DNA from: Ruditapes philippinarum
Taxonomy: Eukaryota
Length of the DNA stretch: 64,000 nt
Assembly: GCF_026571515.1 (NCBI RefSeq)
Contig: NW_026866679.1
Location: forward strand, 1-64,000
Direction: 5' to 3'
In this document: positions 14,259 to 27,450 of the stretch, in pieces
Position numbering within the stretch: the stretch's first letter is position 1
How the letters are laid out: each line of letters opens with the position of its first letter
Notes under the pieces: generated by a model
What the model saw: the letters and a program-made list of their open reading frames with translations, nothing else
The model's database searches: none
What the model was told of the DNA's origin: nothing
Translations under genes and position numbers: made by a program

Positions 14259-16369
14259 TTAGACTACTTGTATTACATGTTTCAGCTTTCTCATTTTGTG
14301 AAAAAGGTTTAATCTGTTTTTCTCTATTTAATCAGTTCATCCATAAATAAATGCTCTGGGTGTCAAGTATTAATAGCTATAAATCTCTCGTACCATTTCG
14401 AGAAACTCGGACAGAACAACTCTCTTCAAAGCAAACTATCTTACAAAACTGATTAAAACAATGTTTCTAGATAGTAAGTCATTCTCCTAGAACATCCATG
14501 ACTCTTTCTTTAAAAGGCACGTTCATAATTCAACATTAAGACGTCAAACTTTAATTTATTTATGGAACACAGAATCTGTAAATCAGTTAAAACTATCGAC
14601 CATTGAGCAATGGTTAATATCTTAAAACAGGAAAATCGAAACGATATATATGTCTTATAATTCACATGTTTCACTACACATAAATAAAGATTTAATGTTT
14701 CAACGTTTTCATTATTTTGCTCTTCTCTAAGAATTAAATGAACATAAGTATGTAATTGATTTGTACGTGTTCCTTTTTTGTACATTCTACTATTTCCTTC
14801 TTATCACGTGTTTAAATTAGATTGTTTTTGTTCAATCCTTTGTCAAACAAACATTAAGTAACCATGTTTACTTTATTTGTTGATATGCATATCATCTGAA
14901 GAAAATAGTGATAACATTTGTGATATAGATATTAAAATGTTAACCGAAAAAGGTATTTTGATTTTCATTCAAGGTGTATCGTCAAAATATACGAATTGCC
15001 AAAATACAATAGAAAACAGAGCTGGTTTGGCTATATCACAGTGTTTAAAGAAGTCTACTTCTTGTTATCTCAAGAATGGTACAAGTTAAAATATATAGGC
15101 TCTCAAGAAAATTACAGTGATCGGAAGTAACAAGATCTTTATTTAATGAATGTTGTTTTGGAGTATCCTATCTTATAAAAGTTTATTAAAATGCTATAAA
15201 CCACTTTTAAACATCTGACTTTTATATCTTTTGAAATTTAATTTAAAGAAAAGAGACAGAAAGTAGACATAAAGTAATTGACAATTTCATTACCGTGATA
15301 AGACACTCGATTTAAACTGAAGGTATATTGTTCTTAGCTAGCTGGTAAATATCGGCAATATGACGAAAAGATATGTAAGTACAATTCACCATAATACAGC
15401 TGTCAATGAAGTTGAAAGATACATAGTAGCTACTCTACCTTCTGAATGACCCGATTCTCTTAAAACATTATAATAATGATTATTATAGAACCTCTAGTTA
15501 GAACTGTTATTATCTTAATTTCAAATGTTACATTGTGTAAAAATAAGATTATAACTTTCGTAAATTGATAGTGTTAATTCTTATGAATTTAAGTAGATCC
15601 TTTCAATATGAGAACCACAAGATCGTACTGTCTTTTATTCAAAACACTGGGTCATATACGATTATAATTTTCGTAAATTGTTACCATTAGATCTTGAGAA
15701 TATAAGGATAGCTTTTCAATTATTGTTTGACTAAGTTAAGAAAAATTCTGAAAACCACGAACATATAGAAACTGACTGCGTTAGTGCTTCAGGTTGAAGT
15801 AAATGCTGTTTTAATTTTTTAAATATATCTTATTCAGATAATTTATCACCATTAATATTCTACTGATGCACTGGGTAAACAATTATCTTTAAAATCACTG
15901 AAAATCTCATTTTAAGTGCTTTTCTAATTTGCAGCTCAGTGTGACGTTTGTCATTCTCATTAATTTGTCCCACGCAAAACTTTTCTTTAAATATTTCATT
16001 TTTATCGTAACTTTCCACGTTAAAGCTCATTTGTCATCATTGGGTTTTTGTTGTTGTTGTTTTTTTTTGCACATGTATCATTTTGCAATATCAATTATAG
16101 CATAAAACAATAAATTGCAAAAATCGTTATATCAAAGCTTTTCCAAAGACATTTTATCATCGTAATTCTTCTATTATCGTGCCCTTTAAAAATAAATATA
16201 TTTTCAATTATACATAATTTGGTATATATCTGCAGCCTTTAGTTACCATCATTATTGTTTAAATGTACTACTAAAATATCTTTATGAAAGAAGCATGTTT
16301 GTATAATTCCTGAAGAGCAAATGGCGCATGTACACTAACGCATTGCTAACAGGTTATAATTATAATTTA

Positions 16370-17548
16370 AATAGCAGAATATACAGGATATTTGTTTGTT
16401 TGTGTGTAAGATGAAATTTTATTTCATTGAGTGGGCTTTAAAAACAGTATTCTCACGAGTGGCGTAGCCACGAGTGAGAATACTGTTTTTAAAGTTCACG
16501 AGATGAAATAAGATTACATCTTACACAACAAACAGACAAATTTTCTTTTTATATTATGCTTAAAAACAAGTTAAAACGAAATTTCCATAATTTTAACGTT
16601 AATATTAAAATCTGTTTTCCCCATTGAGATTCCCATTTAGACGGAATTTCTCATTAAAAACAAGAAGTCTTGAGCTGAAAAATAAGTCCGTCAATCAAGG
16701 TTAAATGACAGTGATATTTATTCATTTTATTAAAAAAATATGAATGATCGCTTGTTTTAATAATAAAAACAAACAATTCTTGTAGGAGAAAAAGTCCAAC
16801 CATCCATCCATATTTCTGTTACTTACTGCGAATTTATATTAGACCTGGCTTTGTAAAATGTAAGCGGCAGCCATTTTTTAAAGTTGTGTATTTCATGGGA
16901 GGAAAATAATTGTGTAAGATTCAGAGGGATATGATTTGGATTTGTTAGTCATACACCTTTTTAAAAGAAAGAAAACTTATTTGAGGATTGTAACAGACAA
17001 AAAATAAGTGATGACAGAATTGAAAACATTCAGAAAAGGAGCTAGGAAAATGGAAAACTTGGAAGCTTGTTAAGGAACGCTGGGTTGTTTTACTTATTCT
17101 ACGAGTGATGGCTGTCAATGCTTTTCAATTTTTCATAAAGCATACGGCAGTTTTTGCTCGTAGGATACTCTAATATGCCCAAATGTCATCAAGAGCAGTT
17201 TTGCATGGGGAAGGAATGTATTTTTAGACTGTAAAAACGAAACAAAAAAATTAAGAGACGAAATTTGGTGATTGGAATTTGAATAAATAGAAGTAAGTTT
17301 TCTCTCTTTATTACTTTTGACATTTAAGTTATTTATCTATTTCAGCTTTGCTATTTCTTTTAACAGCCTGACATAGTCAGAATTGTCAGTAAAAATAAAA
17401 TTGAGGTACCACATGGGGAAAATCTTAAAAAAGTAGTTTCGTCATTGAAAAAAGTGAAATTATATTTTGATAATTTTCACTGTGAAATTATCAAATATAA
17501 TTTTCACGGATAAATCAGTAATCCACTGAAAAGCATAAAATAAAATAA
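16370..17548 (+). mobile_element. Non-autonomous hairpin element, Crypton-like
   Basis: ~150-nt fold-back at 16390-16541 centred on cacgagtggcgtagccacgagtg. Second hairpin at 17454-17507. ttttatattatgctt (~16547) is roughly inverted to aagcataaaataaaa (~17531). Crypton label is from memory of mollusc repeat libraries. Confidence 0.7.
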
Positions 17549-20500
17549 TTTATTCTGTTTACGTACAATATTCATGTCGGTTGAAGATACTTTCTGTGAT
17601 TCTACTATTTCAAAAATCGACCATAAGATCATACAGTCTACATTTTTCTCCAAAATAATTTATTACATATTAATTTTATAGTTTTATGCCCTCAAAAAAG
17701 AATGCTATACAGTGTCTTACTTTTTCATTTTCAAGGATAAAAATATATATTGATTACTACATACTAAGTGTAGTTGACAACATGTTTTACTATTTATAGA
17801 ACTTTATATTAAGATTTGAAAGTTATTATTCGAGTTATCTTTGAACTTTGTCTCAGATTAACGCATATAATTGAACCTTGTCATTAACCACCTCTTTAAC
17901 CACCTCTTTCACAAGTGATCTAAAAGTCAGAAACAATTATTACAACTTCAAGAAACGCAAAATAACTAATATTTAATTTCACTTAATGATAGATAACCAA
18001 CATCTTGCTAAAAACATAATATTTTGCACTTTTTGAAAGTACTATGAACACAATCACTAGAAAAATGTTGTTTGGGTTATTATCAAAGAATCAGAGCTAC
18101 AATTTATCTGAAGTAATAATACATTTTAATGTCTTATTTTCTCCTCCCGCGCAATTCAATTTCAGTTTAATTAGAAAATGTTATAGCATTACAAATTCAA
18201 ATTGTCTGATTTCATTTTTCTAATGGGAAATACGTTATTATTTCAATCACGTGTATTGTCTATAACGAGGTTATATTTTCACAAAAAAAAACAAAAATTT
18301 TTAATAGTTATAATGTTAAATAAAACGTTGTTACCAATATCATCTTGAAATTGTTAATTACCAAGAATGTACATGTGAAAAGTATATTTTTAATGTACTT
18401 GTCCAAAATAATGTTGTGTTCATCAGTATAACAAGGTCAGTGATGATCATATTCGATCATGGTTGACAATGATACGTGCCATTAATGCACTTGTTTGTAT
18501 GGTTGAAACATGGTTAGATATGTTTAAACCATGTCAAAACATGTTATAACATGTATAAAACATGTTTCGATCATATATTTTCCACTGTAATAGAGAAGCA
18601 GATTTCCAAAATATTCAATTTAAAAGTCTATTTTTAGCTCCTGTGGCCTACTCATGCATCAGACTGGCACCATTTATAGAGAATTTGTAGAGCATCACCT
18701 AGGATTATTTTTGTGATCACATGGGATTTAAAGTGTGTGTTAATACACATGTGTTTGGAAATCCATAGGTTTGTGATCAGCATTCATGTCTTCATCGTCA
18801 TATAGAAATCATTAAATCAAATGTCATGAAGTTGGTATAAATAATATTTCATAATACAACATAGCTTTTTGTTTTACAAAAAAGAACCTTACTTGACAGT
18901 CTTTAACTTAAAATGTAATGCGATGGTATGCCAAATTAAAGGGAACAACAAGTGTGTATGTTTTGTTATCACAAAGTAATGTCTCAGTCACGTTAACATC
19001 TGATTCAAATGTTATGGAAAAATACTTTTAAAAGGTACAGAAACGAAAGTGTTTAAGACATACATAGAACAGAAGAATGAAAGTAGTTAATATAATCACT
19101 TTCAACATGGCTGTGTGTATGAATATATTTATAGACTGTAATGATTATTCATTTATTCAAGAAAAGCTTAGCAATGAATCAAACGTTAACATTGTACGTT
19201 TTTCTTCAACTCCCAAAAGAGAGAAAAAGAGAACCTGAATTTAAGATAGCGATGTTGACGCAAGCAACTTTATTCAATAGATTATTTGTCTAGCTTGTTA
19301 ATGTTCGGTCAATACGAAGACAAGATAAGTAAATCAACTCTGTTTTGTACAATTCTTCTAAATTACATCTGTCAATAGAGAGACTTGTGTGTAAGACTTT
19401 CTACGGGCGGGTTATGGTGGTGTGACAGGCTGTATTTCTAGAAGTATACCCTTCCGTCAAATTGAGCCTAGAGTAGTTCAACAGTATAGAATAAAATTCT
19501 CATCATAAATTGAAATGTTTTTTTTTATATATTTTGTACAAAAACACGAAGCTAAATGCGATTATATTAGATAAAATTGTTAAGTTTAAGTTATCAATGC
19601 AAAGGTTTGCAAAGTGCAATATCTGTAATATCTACAGTGTAACAGGTATTAAGCAATATTGACTTTGTTAAAACAGTACATAATAATGTGGTCTCTGTCA
19701 AGTTTTTTTTTGTTTAGTCATGTAATCTGCTGCTTATTTTTAATTATGTGACTGATTAATTGATTGGACAGTTAGCCAACTGAATCAGTACTATTACCTT
19801 TTATCTTAAACATAACAATAGTGAAAATAGTTGATCCAAAAGTTGACCCTTTTAAGATAGTACAAAATAGTAAAATTGGAAATGTCGCAGACTCGGTTGA
19901 TTGAGACAGTGGTACTATAATAAATCCTATGACTGATTGCTTTTACAGATACACGTACAAACTGTAAATATAACCAAAAAAAAGATAAAAAGTATTTTAT
20001 AAATTTTCACATTGATATCGGTTTATTCCTAATAAAATGGGAATATGTAATGCGAACATGAATAAATGTTTTTATTTAAGATTTAAGATCTACCAGACAT
20101 TTTTCTATCATAATCAGCTATTATTTGGTGCCATTTACAATATATACTTTAATGCGGTATAAATATTTTAGACAAGAATTCGAACATGCCTAATCATTCC
20201 ATGTCCCAGTCTTTTCTTTCTTTTTTATAATCACTTTTAAATTAATAACAACAATGACTGTTTTACAACTTTTATATATACTGTATTGTGGCCATAAACC
20301 TAAAAAAACTCATAACGATTTACAAAGTGCTACGTATCTTTAACAAAACGGTATGACTTGAACAGATTTCAGCTAACAGATAATAAAACTAGTCACAGGA
20401 AAAACAGATAATTTAAACGAAATTTCCTAACATAATTCGAGCATTGTCTTAAGAAACAAACAGCCTCTTATGTTTGTTATTCAATATCAAGGCGTCTTAA

Positions 20501-21364
20501 GGCAATTTGTAAACGGATTCCAGTATCGTTTCACCAATTTTATCGATTATAACTGTGTGAGTAATATGTGTCATCCAGAGAGGCCTTTTAGTTGCCTTGA
20601 TTTTCGGTTTATATCACCATAGTGCAGTAAAAAAGACGCCACAAAAGCTGTCAATCTAAATACCAATCTTTATTTGTTTTGTTAAGTTGTTTTGTGTTGT
20701 TGTTGTTTTTTTCCATTGAAATACGTTGTAATCAGGATATTATATTGTGATAAAGATTTTTATTTATCTAAATTGCTGGCTCAGTTTGAGCTAGGGTTAA
20801 TGGTAAAGTGCAACATCCCTCTCGCCCCCTAGCATCGGCTTACGCGGTATTTAGTGAAATTTGGGGAACTCAGTTGTTTTTCAAGTTCACTATCGCATTA
20901 TAGTTAAACATGATATATCTTATATAGTTTGCTTATGTAAAACTAATGTATAACTGTTAAGGTTTACGTGCTGACACTATGGCGTATATATTGTTAAATG
21001 ATAGGTCATTTTTTGTATTAAGATTTTAAATGCAAAACAAGCAATTCTGTAACGTATAAGTTCAGCTATTTAATAACGTTTTATTTACAATTTAGTTTTA
21101 AGTCAACGTGCGATTTTGATTTTTTTTAGTCTGCGCACACAAGTATTAATAATAACAAAATTTTACCAAAACGTAAGAATAAGAAAAAAAATCAATTTAT
21201 AGAAATTAACACGATTAGGCCAGATTAATCATCCGGTTTAACTTCAGACAAAGTCTTTATTTCTCTAGTAAGAACTTAAGAAATGTAAATTATCTTGATA
21301 AAGACAACAACATAGTACGATGACTTTATGAATATTACGTAGATCCGGTAAAAAGGAAATGGTT

Positions 21365-21460
21365 TTTCCATAACAATGATCAAATATTAAGTACAAAACA
21401 ATTTCCAATATTTAGTAAATGAACCGCCAATTTTCTTCTGACGAGAGCTTCAGATAAAAT
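21365..21460 (-). promoter_or_regulatory. Orphan copy of the conserved upstream module (no intact exon downstream)
   Basis: ttccataa...tccaatattt (21404)...ccaatttt...tgacg (21439) aligns with 27361-27450, with the same 35-bp offset between halves. Confidence 0.6.
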
Positions 21461-23660
21461 GTTCTCTCGTGGAATATAAATTATGCCCCAAAGGATTAAC
21501 GGTAATTTAAGATACATTGTCTGACTTTACCTTTTAAAAATATTGCGATGAACTGTCCCTTCTTATGGTAACCCTCTAACAATGATTTATTCATCAGTTG
21601 ATCATTGTGGTTTTTGAAGCCAGATAATTTAGATACATTTAGTTTCTCTTTTTTTAAAATGCTGTGCGTTAAAATACTTAGTAAACTTTAAAAAAAGTTT
21701 ACATATAAAAGTACATACATGTCTTATCATTATAAAACCATATAAATGTAAGACAATATATGGTAAAATTGATTATTTCTACAATTACAATGGACAAATA
21801 CAGTGATATTGATTCATTTATGATTAAGATATAAAATAGTTTGTAACAACGCATCAAAACAGGTTTTAAAAATGATAGTAAGCTCACATATTCCATATGT
21901 ACCAAATGTAATTGTAATCAATCTTAAAACGCTCTTACTACAATAATTATTACATTCTATTCAAGATGTGATTTTCTTCTCAATTACTTACCTCACATTT
22001 TAAATATTATTTTTAGTTAATTTAATTCGTATGGGAATGTTTTTTTATTTAAAATGTGTATTTGAAGGAAAACCTTTCTTTAAAAAAATCATGTCAAATG
22101 AGTAAAAGTTATGTAAGTAATTTCACATTTCAGTTCTAAGATAGGCTCAAAGTTTTGTTTTCCTATTAGGAGAAAGTAGTTTATTTATTTATAACATTCT
22201 ACAGAAATTTCAGCAAAATCAACAAAATCTTAATTCAAAGAGTATACTGGATAAAACGATTTAAGGCATGACCCTGACGTTTACCGACTTTAACCAGGAA
22301 AACAGTGATCATAATTAAATCTTTCACGCCAAATTTCTATGATTTACAAAATTTAACATTAAGACGTCACTCTAATTAATATATAGAACACAGTTTATAC
22401 AATGAAATATATCTACCAAGATGAAATGTTTAATTTCTCATAACAGCAACACTAAAAACACATTCTTTCATTCATATCAAAGAACAATGAAGAATATATT
22501 TCAACTGTAAAAGGAATGTTCAATCTATTTTGAATAGCCAACTTGTGGTAAACCGATCCCATACCATTTTCATTGCCTTTTTATCAAGAACGCGGATCCA
22601 ACAAAGGGGATATTAATCCACATTGAGCTTTATTATGATGATTTCTGTACTAGCGGTAATATTTTAAGATGAATATCATTGATCTTACTCCCAAATGCAT
22701 TAACTTGTACGCCAACATTCAGAAATTTGCCATACACTTTGATTTCTTATACGTAGCACCGTGAATGAACTGATCTTATATGACTAATAAGATAAAATAA
22801 GATCGCTTGTATTTCATTAGATTCCCTTTCTTTTCTCTGAAGCGGCAATAAATGTACCATAAAGACGGAATACTGTAAACATTGTTTGTATCTATTCGTA
22901 CACATTTTATATAGATAGGCTACTGAAAGTGTTCTTGTGAATATTTCTTCCAAGGAAATTGTTTTAAAGACTTGCGCTAAAGTGTCCATAAACCATTAAA
23001 CAAAGGCTTTTTAGCCAGTAGCAATTGCACGTTTTCTCCTTGTTTTTGTTATAACCGAAACATAAATCTTAAGATTATACAAATGTTCTATAACAAGCAT
23101 CGCACCTTTTCAAGTTTTAAATATGTATACCCAATATGTAATTGCAAAAGAAAAAAATCTCATACAGTACATACACATTGCAAATAGCCATGTGCTTACT
23201 TTGTTAGTTCTTATAATTATAAAATTATAAACTATGACTAAGAACACCAAATACTTTTGTCTACCATTTTTTCAAAATAAAGAAAGGGTTAAACAGTATT
23301 CAAGTCAAACGGAGTATGTATGGGTCTTTCACAAATTAGATATTTATTAAAAAACATAACATTAAAATAATGTAACAATTCTAAAAGCTAATAAACAAAT
23401 AATTAAACTTATCATGACCTATGTCAATATTCAGATAACACATTTGAAGTACATGTATCAGGAGCGCTTTTCTTCATTTCATTATAATTTTTTTCTTAAA
23501 TACGTTTTTAAAAATGTTGTTATTTTCTCCTTTTTAAACAGTTATCCGGACAGAACAGACTTTTGATGTCCATTATCAATGTCGTCTTTTAATTGTTAAG
23601 TTAAAATAGTTTAAAAGAAGAAAAGGGAATTCAAAACAAAATGATAAGGCTTCTACTTAC

Positions 23661-23760
23661 CAATAGGTATCGTCAGACCCTCGTTAGATGCGTTCATTAT
23701 TCCAGAGAGAGTACTTAAATAAAGTACAATTAATATGCCAGAAAATATTCTATAAGTCAT
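23661..23760 (-). CDS. Alternative first coding exon A: MTYRIFSGILIVLYLSTLSGIMNASNEGLTIPI-G (signal peptide; probable ionotropic glutamate receptor)
   Basis: aaaATG start, 33 codons + 1 nt, hydrophobic core, phase-1 donor G/gtaagt. Paralogous to four other exons. Confidence 0.85.
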
Positions 23761-24198
23761 TTTATTTACACTAGATTTGTAACATATATTTAATCTAATT
23801 CAAAGTTTGGATATTCTTTTGACGATCAATGCTCTCTGCAAATCATATGCATATGTTTATAAAATATTACATATCCAACAACACGAGTGCCGATTTATGA
23901 CTAATTTGTTTAGCAAAGGCCAATGTTGTGTCTAATTGTCTGGACTTGCAGCATGCATTCTACGTGCACTGACTGAATAAGACCTTAACAAAATCCAACC
24001 TTATTTGTCACAATAATCCCTATGCTATTTTCAAACAAAGCCTCTTTGTAAACATTATACCTTGACAAGAAACTTCTTGTTTAACCGTTAATGCAAACAC
24101 TCAAAGGACAAAAACTTAAAACAATTTTTGTTTAACATGATCTCATAGGAATGTTGCAGCTTAAGAATAAGATGAAGTACTATAGCAACAGAAAGAAA

Positions 24199-24285
24199 TT
24201 TCCATAAGAAAGAGAAATGTATTGTTACTAAAATCCGATATTTGGTTAGAGAATGTCCAAATTTCATTTGACGCAGATTTTCGTA
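24199..24285 (-). promoter_or_regulatory. Conserved upstream module of exon A
   Basis: tccgatatt at 24234 and tgacg at 24269; 474 bp upstream of the ATG. Confidence 0.65.
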
Positions 24286-25435
24286 TCGTTTCTCGCTAAG
24301 TATGGAAATAGGGCCTCGAAGGCAGCTAGTTATAAACAAATTCCATTCTATCTGAAACGTATAATTACTTTATTAATCTATTAGATGGAAACGACATTCC
24401 ATAATGGGAGAAATAAATGGAAATTTCTACAAATCCCTTCCCACAGCTCAGTGCCAAAATTACGAAAATTTCTCTGGAAAAAGTACATTGAAAAGAACTT
24501 ATCAATAGTATTTGTTATGAAAGTTAAATGACATTTTTTTGTAAAATTAATTTAGTTTTTATTGAAATCTTCCACTGATGAGAAACAGAAAAAATAAATA
24601 TAAAAATTCATAAACAGAATTTATCGCTGATACACGCATTGCAAACTCATTACTTTGAGTTCTTCTAAAAAAAAGTCAGATGTATTTTCAAAAACAACAA
24701 CAAAACAAAAACAATTTTTTAATTGGACATATTAAAGATATCAAGGCAACGTCATATTAGAATCATAGAATCATAACTGTGTTTACCACTTTAAAAGATA
24801 CTCAAATTTTATTTTATCTTAATATGACAAATTAAGAATAGAACAATTATAGTATTGAAAGAAAAAGATAACTATTGCAAAAGCAAGTTCAGTCTTTAAA
24901 TTCAAATATTAATCATTCATATGGAACGCTTTATCAAGGAACAAAATGAATCATGTGCAAATAATTCATTAGATTTAATTAACATTCAAACATGTTCAGC
25001 GTAACTACCCAATTAAATGCTGTATTTCGAAATGTATCTGTTTAAAAAAATATTTCTAAACTTTTCAGCAAAACGTTTAGTATTGTAGTTACATTGCATG
25101 TTAAAAGTGAGCGGAAAGGTAGGATATTTGATTAAGTTAAGACATAAGTCTCCATAAAATTTGACATATGAGGCGACTCTTAGCCGAGAACAATGTAGAT
25201 CAATAGATATTGTTTGCACTTTATTACTTCGAAAAGTTCTTGGATGAAAAGTAAAATGAACACATAAATGGACTGATTTATAATAAGGAAAATATTTGAA
25301 GATAAAAAAAAAGTATTTTGTTTGAGACATTGAGATGGATGTAAAATTAAAATTAAAATATGAAACAAGCACACGTTTAGAATATTTTACTTTCTAATTA
25401 CCCACATAACAAATTAAACTAAATATCCGTAATGA

Positions 25436-25683
25436 AATGAGCCGCCTCACGACAAAACCAACATATTGCGTTTGCGACCAGCATGGATCCAGACCAGCCT
25501 GCGAATCCGCGCAGTCTAATCAGGAACCATGCTGTTCGCTTACAAACCCTATACATGTAACAAGGAGTGAAACTGATAGCGAACAGCATGGATCCTGATC
25601 AGACTGCGCGGATGCGCAGGCTGGTCTGGAACCATGCTGGTCGCAAACCCATTATGTTTGTTTTGTCATGACGCGGCTCAAAT
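25436..25683. mobile_element. Fold-back MITE of a type common in venerid clams
   Basis: Near-palindromic ~245 bp: tgagccgc...gcgaccagcatggatccagaccagcctgcg / cgcaggctggtctggaaccatgctggtcgc...gcggctca. Confidence 0.9.
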
Positions 25684-26785
25684 AATGAACGTCATGTAAA
25701 ATGTGATCAGCTTGTTAGCTGTTGAAATACCTTTAATGTCAAATAAAAGAAGTACATGTATCTCAGGATTTTGTTTTGTGGTAGTAAGTATTGTTTTTTT
25801 ACATATTTTGATTATTCTGTTTCATATATGTACTGTTCATTAAATGCCATTTTGATTAAAAACATATATATAATTATTACCATACAAGTAATTAATAGGA
25901 AACAGGTAATTTATTGACACTGTACCTGTACATATTTGTTAATATGGTTCTGACACTCAGAATGACTGTTAGTTCTTCTTGTAATTTTCCTTTTCCTAAT
26001 TACTTCAATTAATAATGAAAATAATTCATTTGTTGGATTAAAAACCGTCTTTTATGTGTTGTAATTTATGAATACTGAATATTAAGAACTTGTATATTCT
26101 TTGTATATACTTGAGTAAAATTGAATAACTAAATTTTAGTACACAGAACCTGCTTAATTGATGCAGTGATAATTCGAATCTAGTCATTGATACAATTTAA
26201 TACATTAGGCGCCGAAGCAAAGTGCAAAAAGACAGTCGTAACTCACACGCATATCGATTATTTGCCCTAGAGATATGTCCTATGCGCATCTTACTTTTGG
26301 ATTTAATGGTCAGCGATGTGATATACTTCATTAATGTTTTAACGAAATATTGTTCCTCAAAAGATAAAAGGGGCCTTATCATGTGTTCCTTTTATTATAT
26401 GATTGTAAACTCAAGTGGGTTTGGTTTTCTCCTTAAAAAGATGAGATTGAAAATCAGCCATCTTTGGTTTATTGGTGAGTTGACGCCAGGGAAAGGTCTT
26501 ATTTTTCACACATTCTATTATCATAGGAAATTAGGCAAATAACATCTTACAGGAATCTGTGACAGTCATAACCTAATCATTTGATATTTGTATTCACAAA
26601 TGTATTTTACTGATGGTTATTTTGTTTACTTTAACATTGTGATGAAATATTGGCCGTAAAATTGGCACGAAAACTGTATCTTGTATATTTTCATAAATAT
26701 TATTAATCTTATTTATGGAAATATTAATCATAAAAAGGGAGAATTTGGCATATAAAACATTTAGAACTGTCTACAAGTTACTCAC

Positions 26786-26885
26786 CCATTGGTATAGTCA
26801 CTCCTTCATTAGATGATTGTATTAATTCAGGATATGTGAAACAATAACACACTACTAAAAACAATACTAAACCATTCCAAGACAT
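26786..26885 (-). CDS. Alternative first coding exon B: MSWNGLVLFLVVCYCFTYPELIQSSNEGVTIPM-G
   Basis: acaATG start, 33 codons + 1 nt, hydrophobic core, phase-1 donor G/gtgagt. Confidence 0.85.
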
Positions 26886-27360
26886 TGTGATGAAATACTC
26901 TTATCTTCTGTGATTGTTTTACATACAAATGTGCAGCATGCTGATAATACAGGAGTCAGATGTAGTAATTTTGATGTTTAGCTATTAATTAAATATTAAC
27001 ACTTTCGTGGTCCGTAAGCTTTTTTCATTTAAACGTTGTTTACTAGTTGTTAATCACAGACGCAAATACATCATTGTTAGAAAATATATTAAAGAACTTA
27101 TGCATTAGATCAAATGACTGCATGATGTCAAATCTTTTATCATATGTTTACTTAAATGCATTGCTTACAATTCACACGATTCTTTAAGACAAACAAAATT
27201 ATTACCAAAAAACTAGAACACTGTCAATCCAAGTACTATCACATTAAAATCGTCACACATTACCGTCCATCATATGTGAGAATTCAGAAACATATCTTAT
27301 ACAATATAGAAATGTCACAGCCTTCACAATTAGAAAAATAGTCGGAATTACTGGAAGGCA

Positions 27361-27450
27361 TTTCCATAATAGACAGAATGTTTAGTAACTAAAATCCAAT
27401 ATTTGGACAGAGAATGCCCAAATTACGACTGACGCTGATTTCTGTGAAAT
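27361..27450 (-). promoter_or_regulatory. Conserved upstream module of exon B
   Basis: tccaatatt at 27395 and tgacg at 27430; 510 bp upstream of the ATG. Confidence 0.65.

Larger units (their letters stand above)
8530..16365 (+). repeat. Segmental duplication, copy B (carries extra segments)
   Basis: Collinear with 1-5990. Extra segments at ~8890-9535, 10773-11380 and 13669-14258. Confidence 0.97.

Noticed and set aside
26441-26474. Plus-strand MRLKISHLWFI-G/gtgagt mini-exon
   Set aside because: Single copy, weak hydrophobicity, no partner exon found; compatible with chance.
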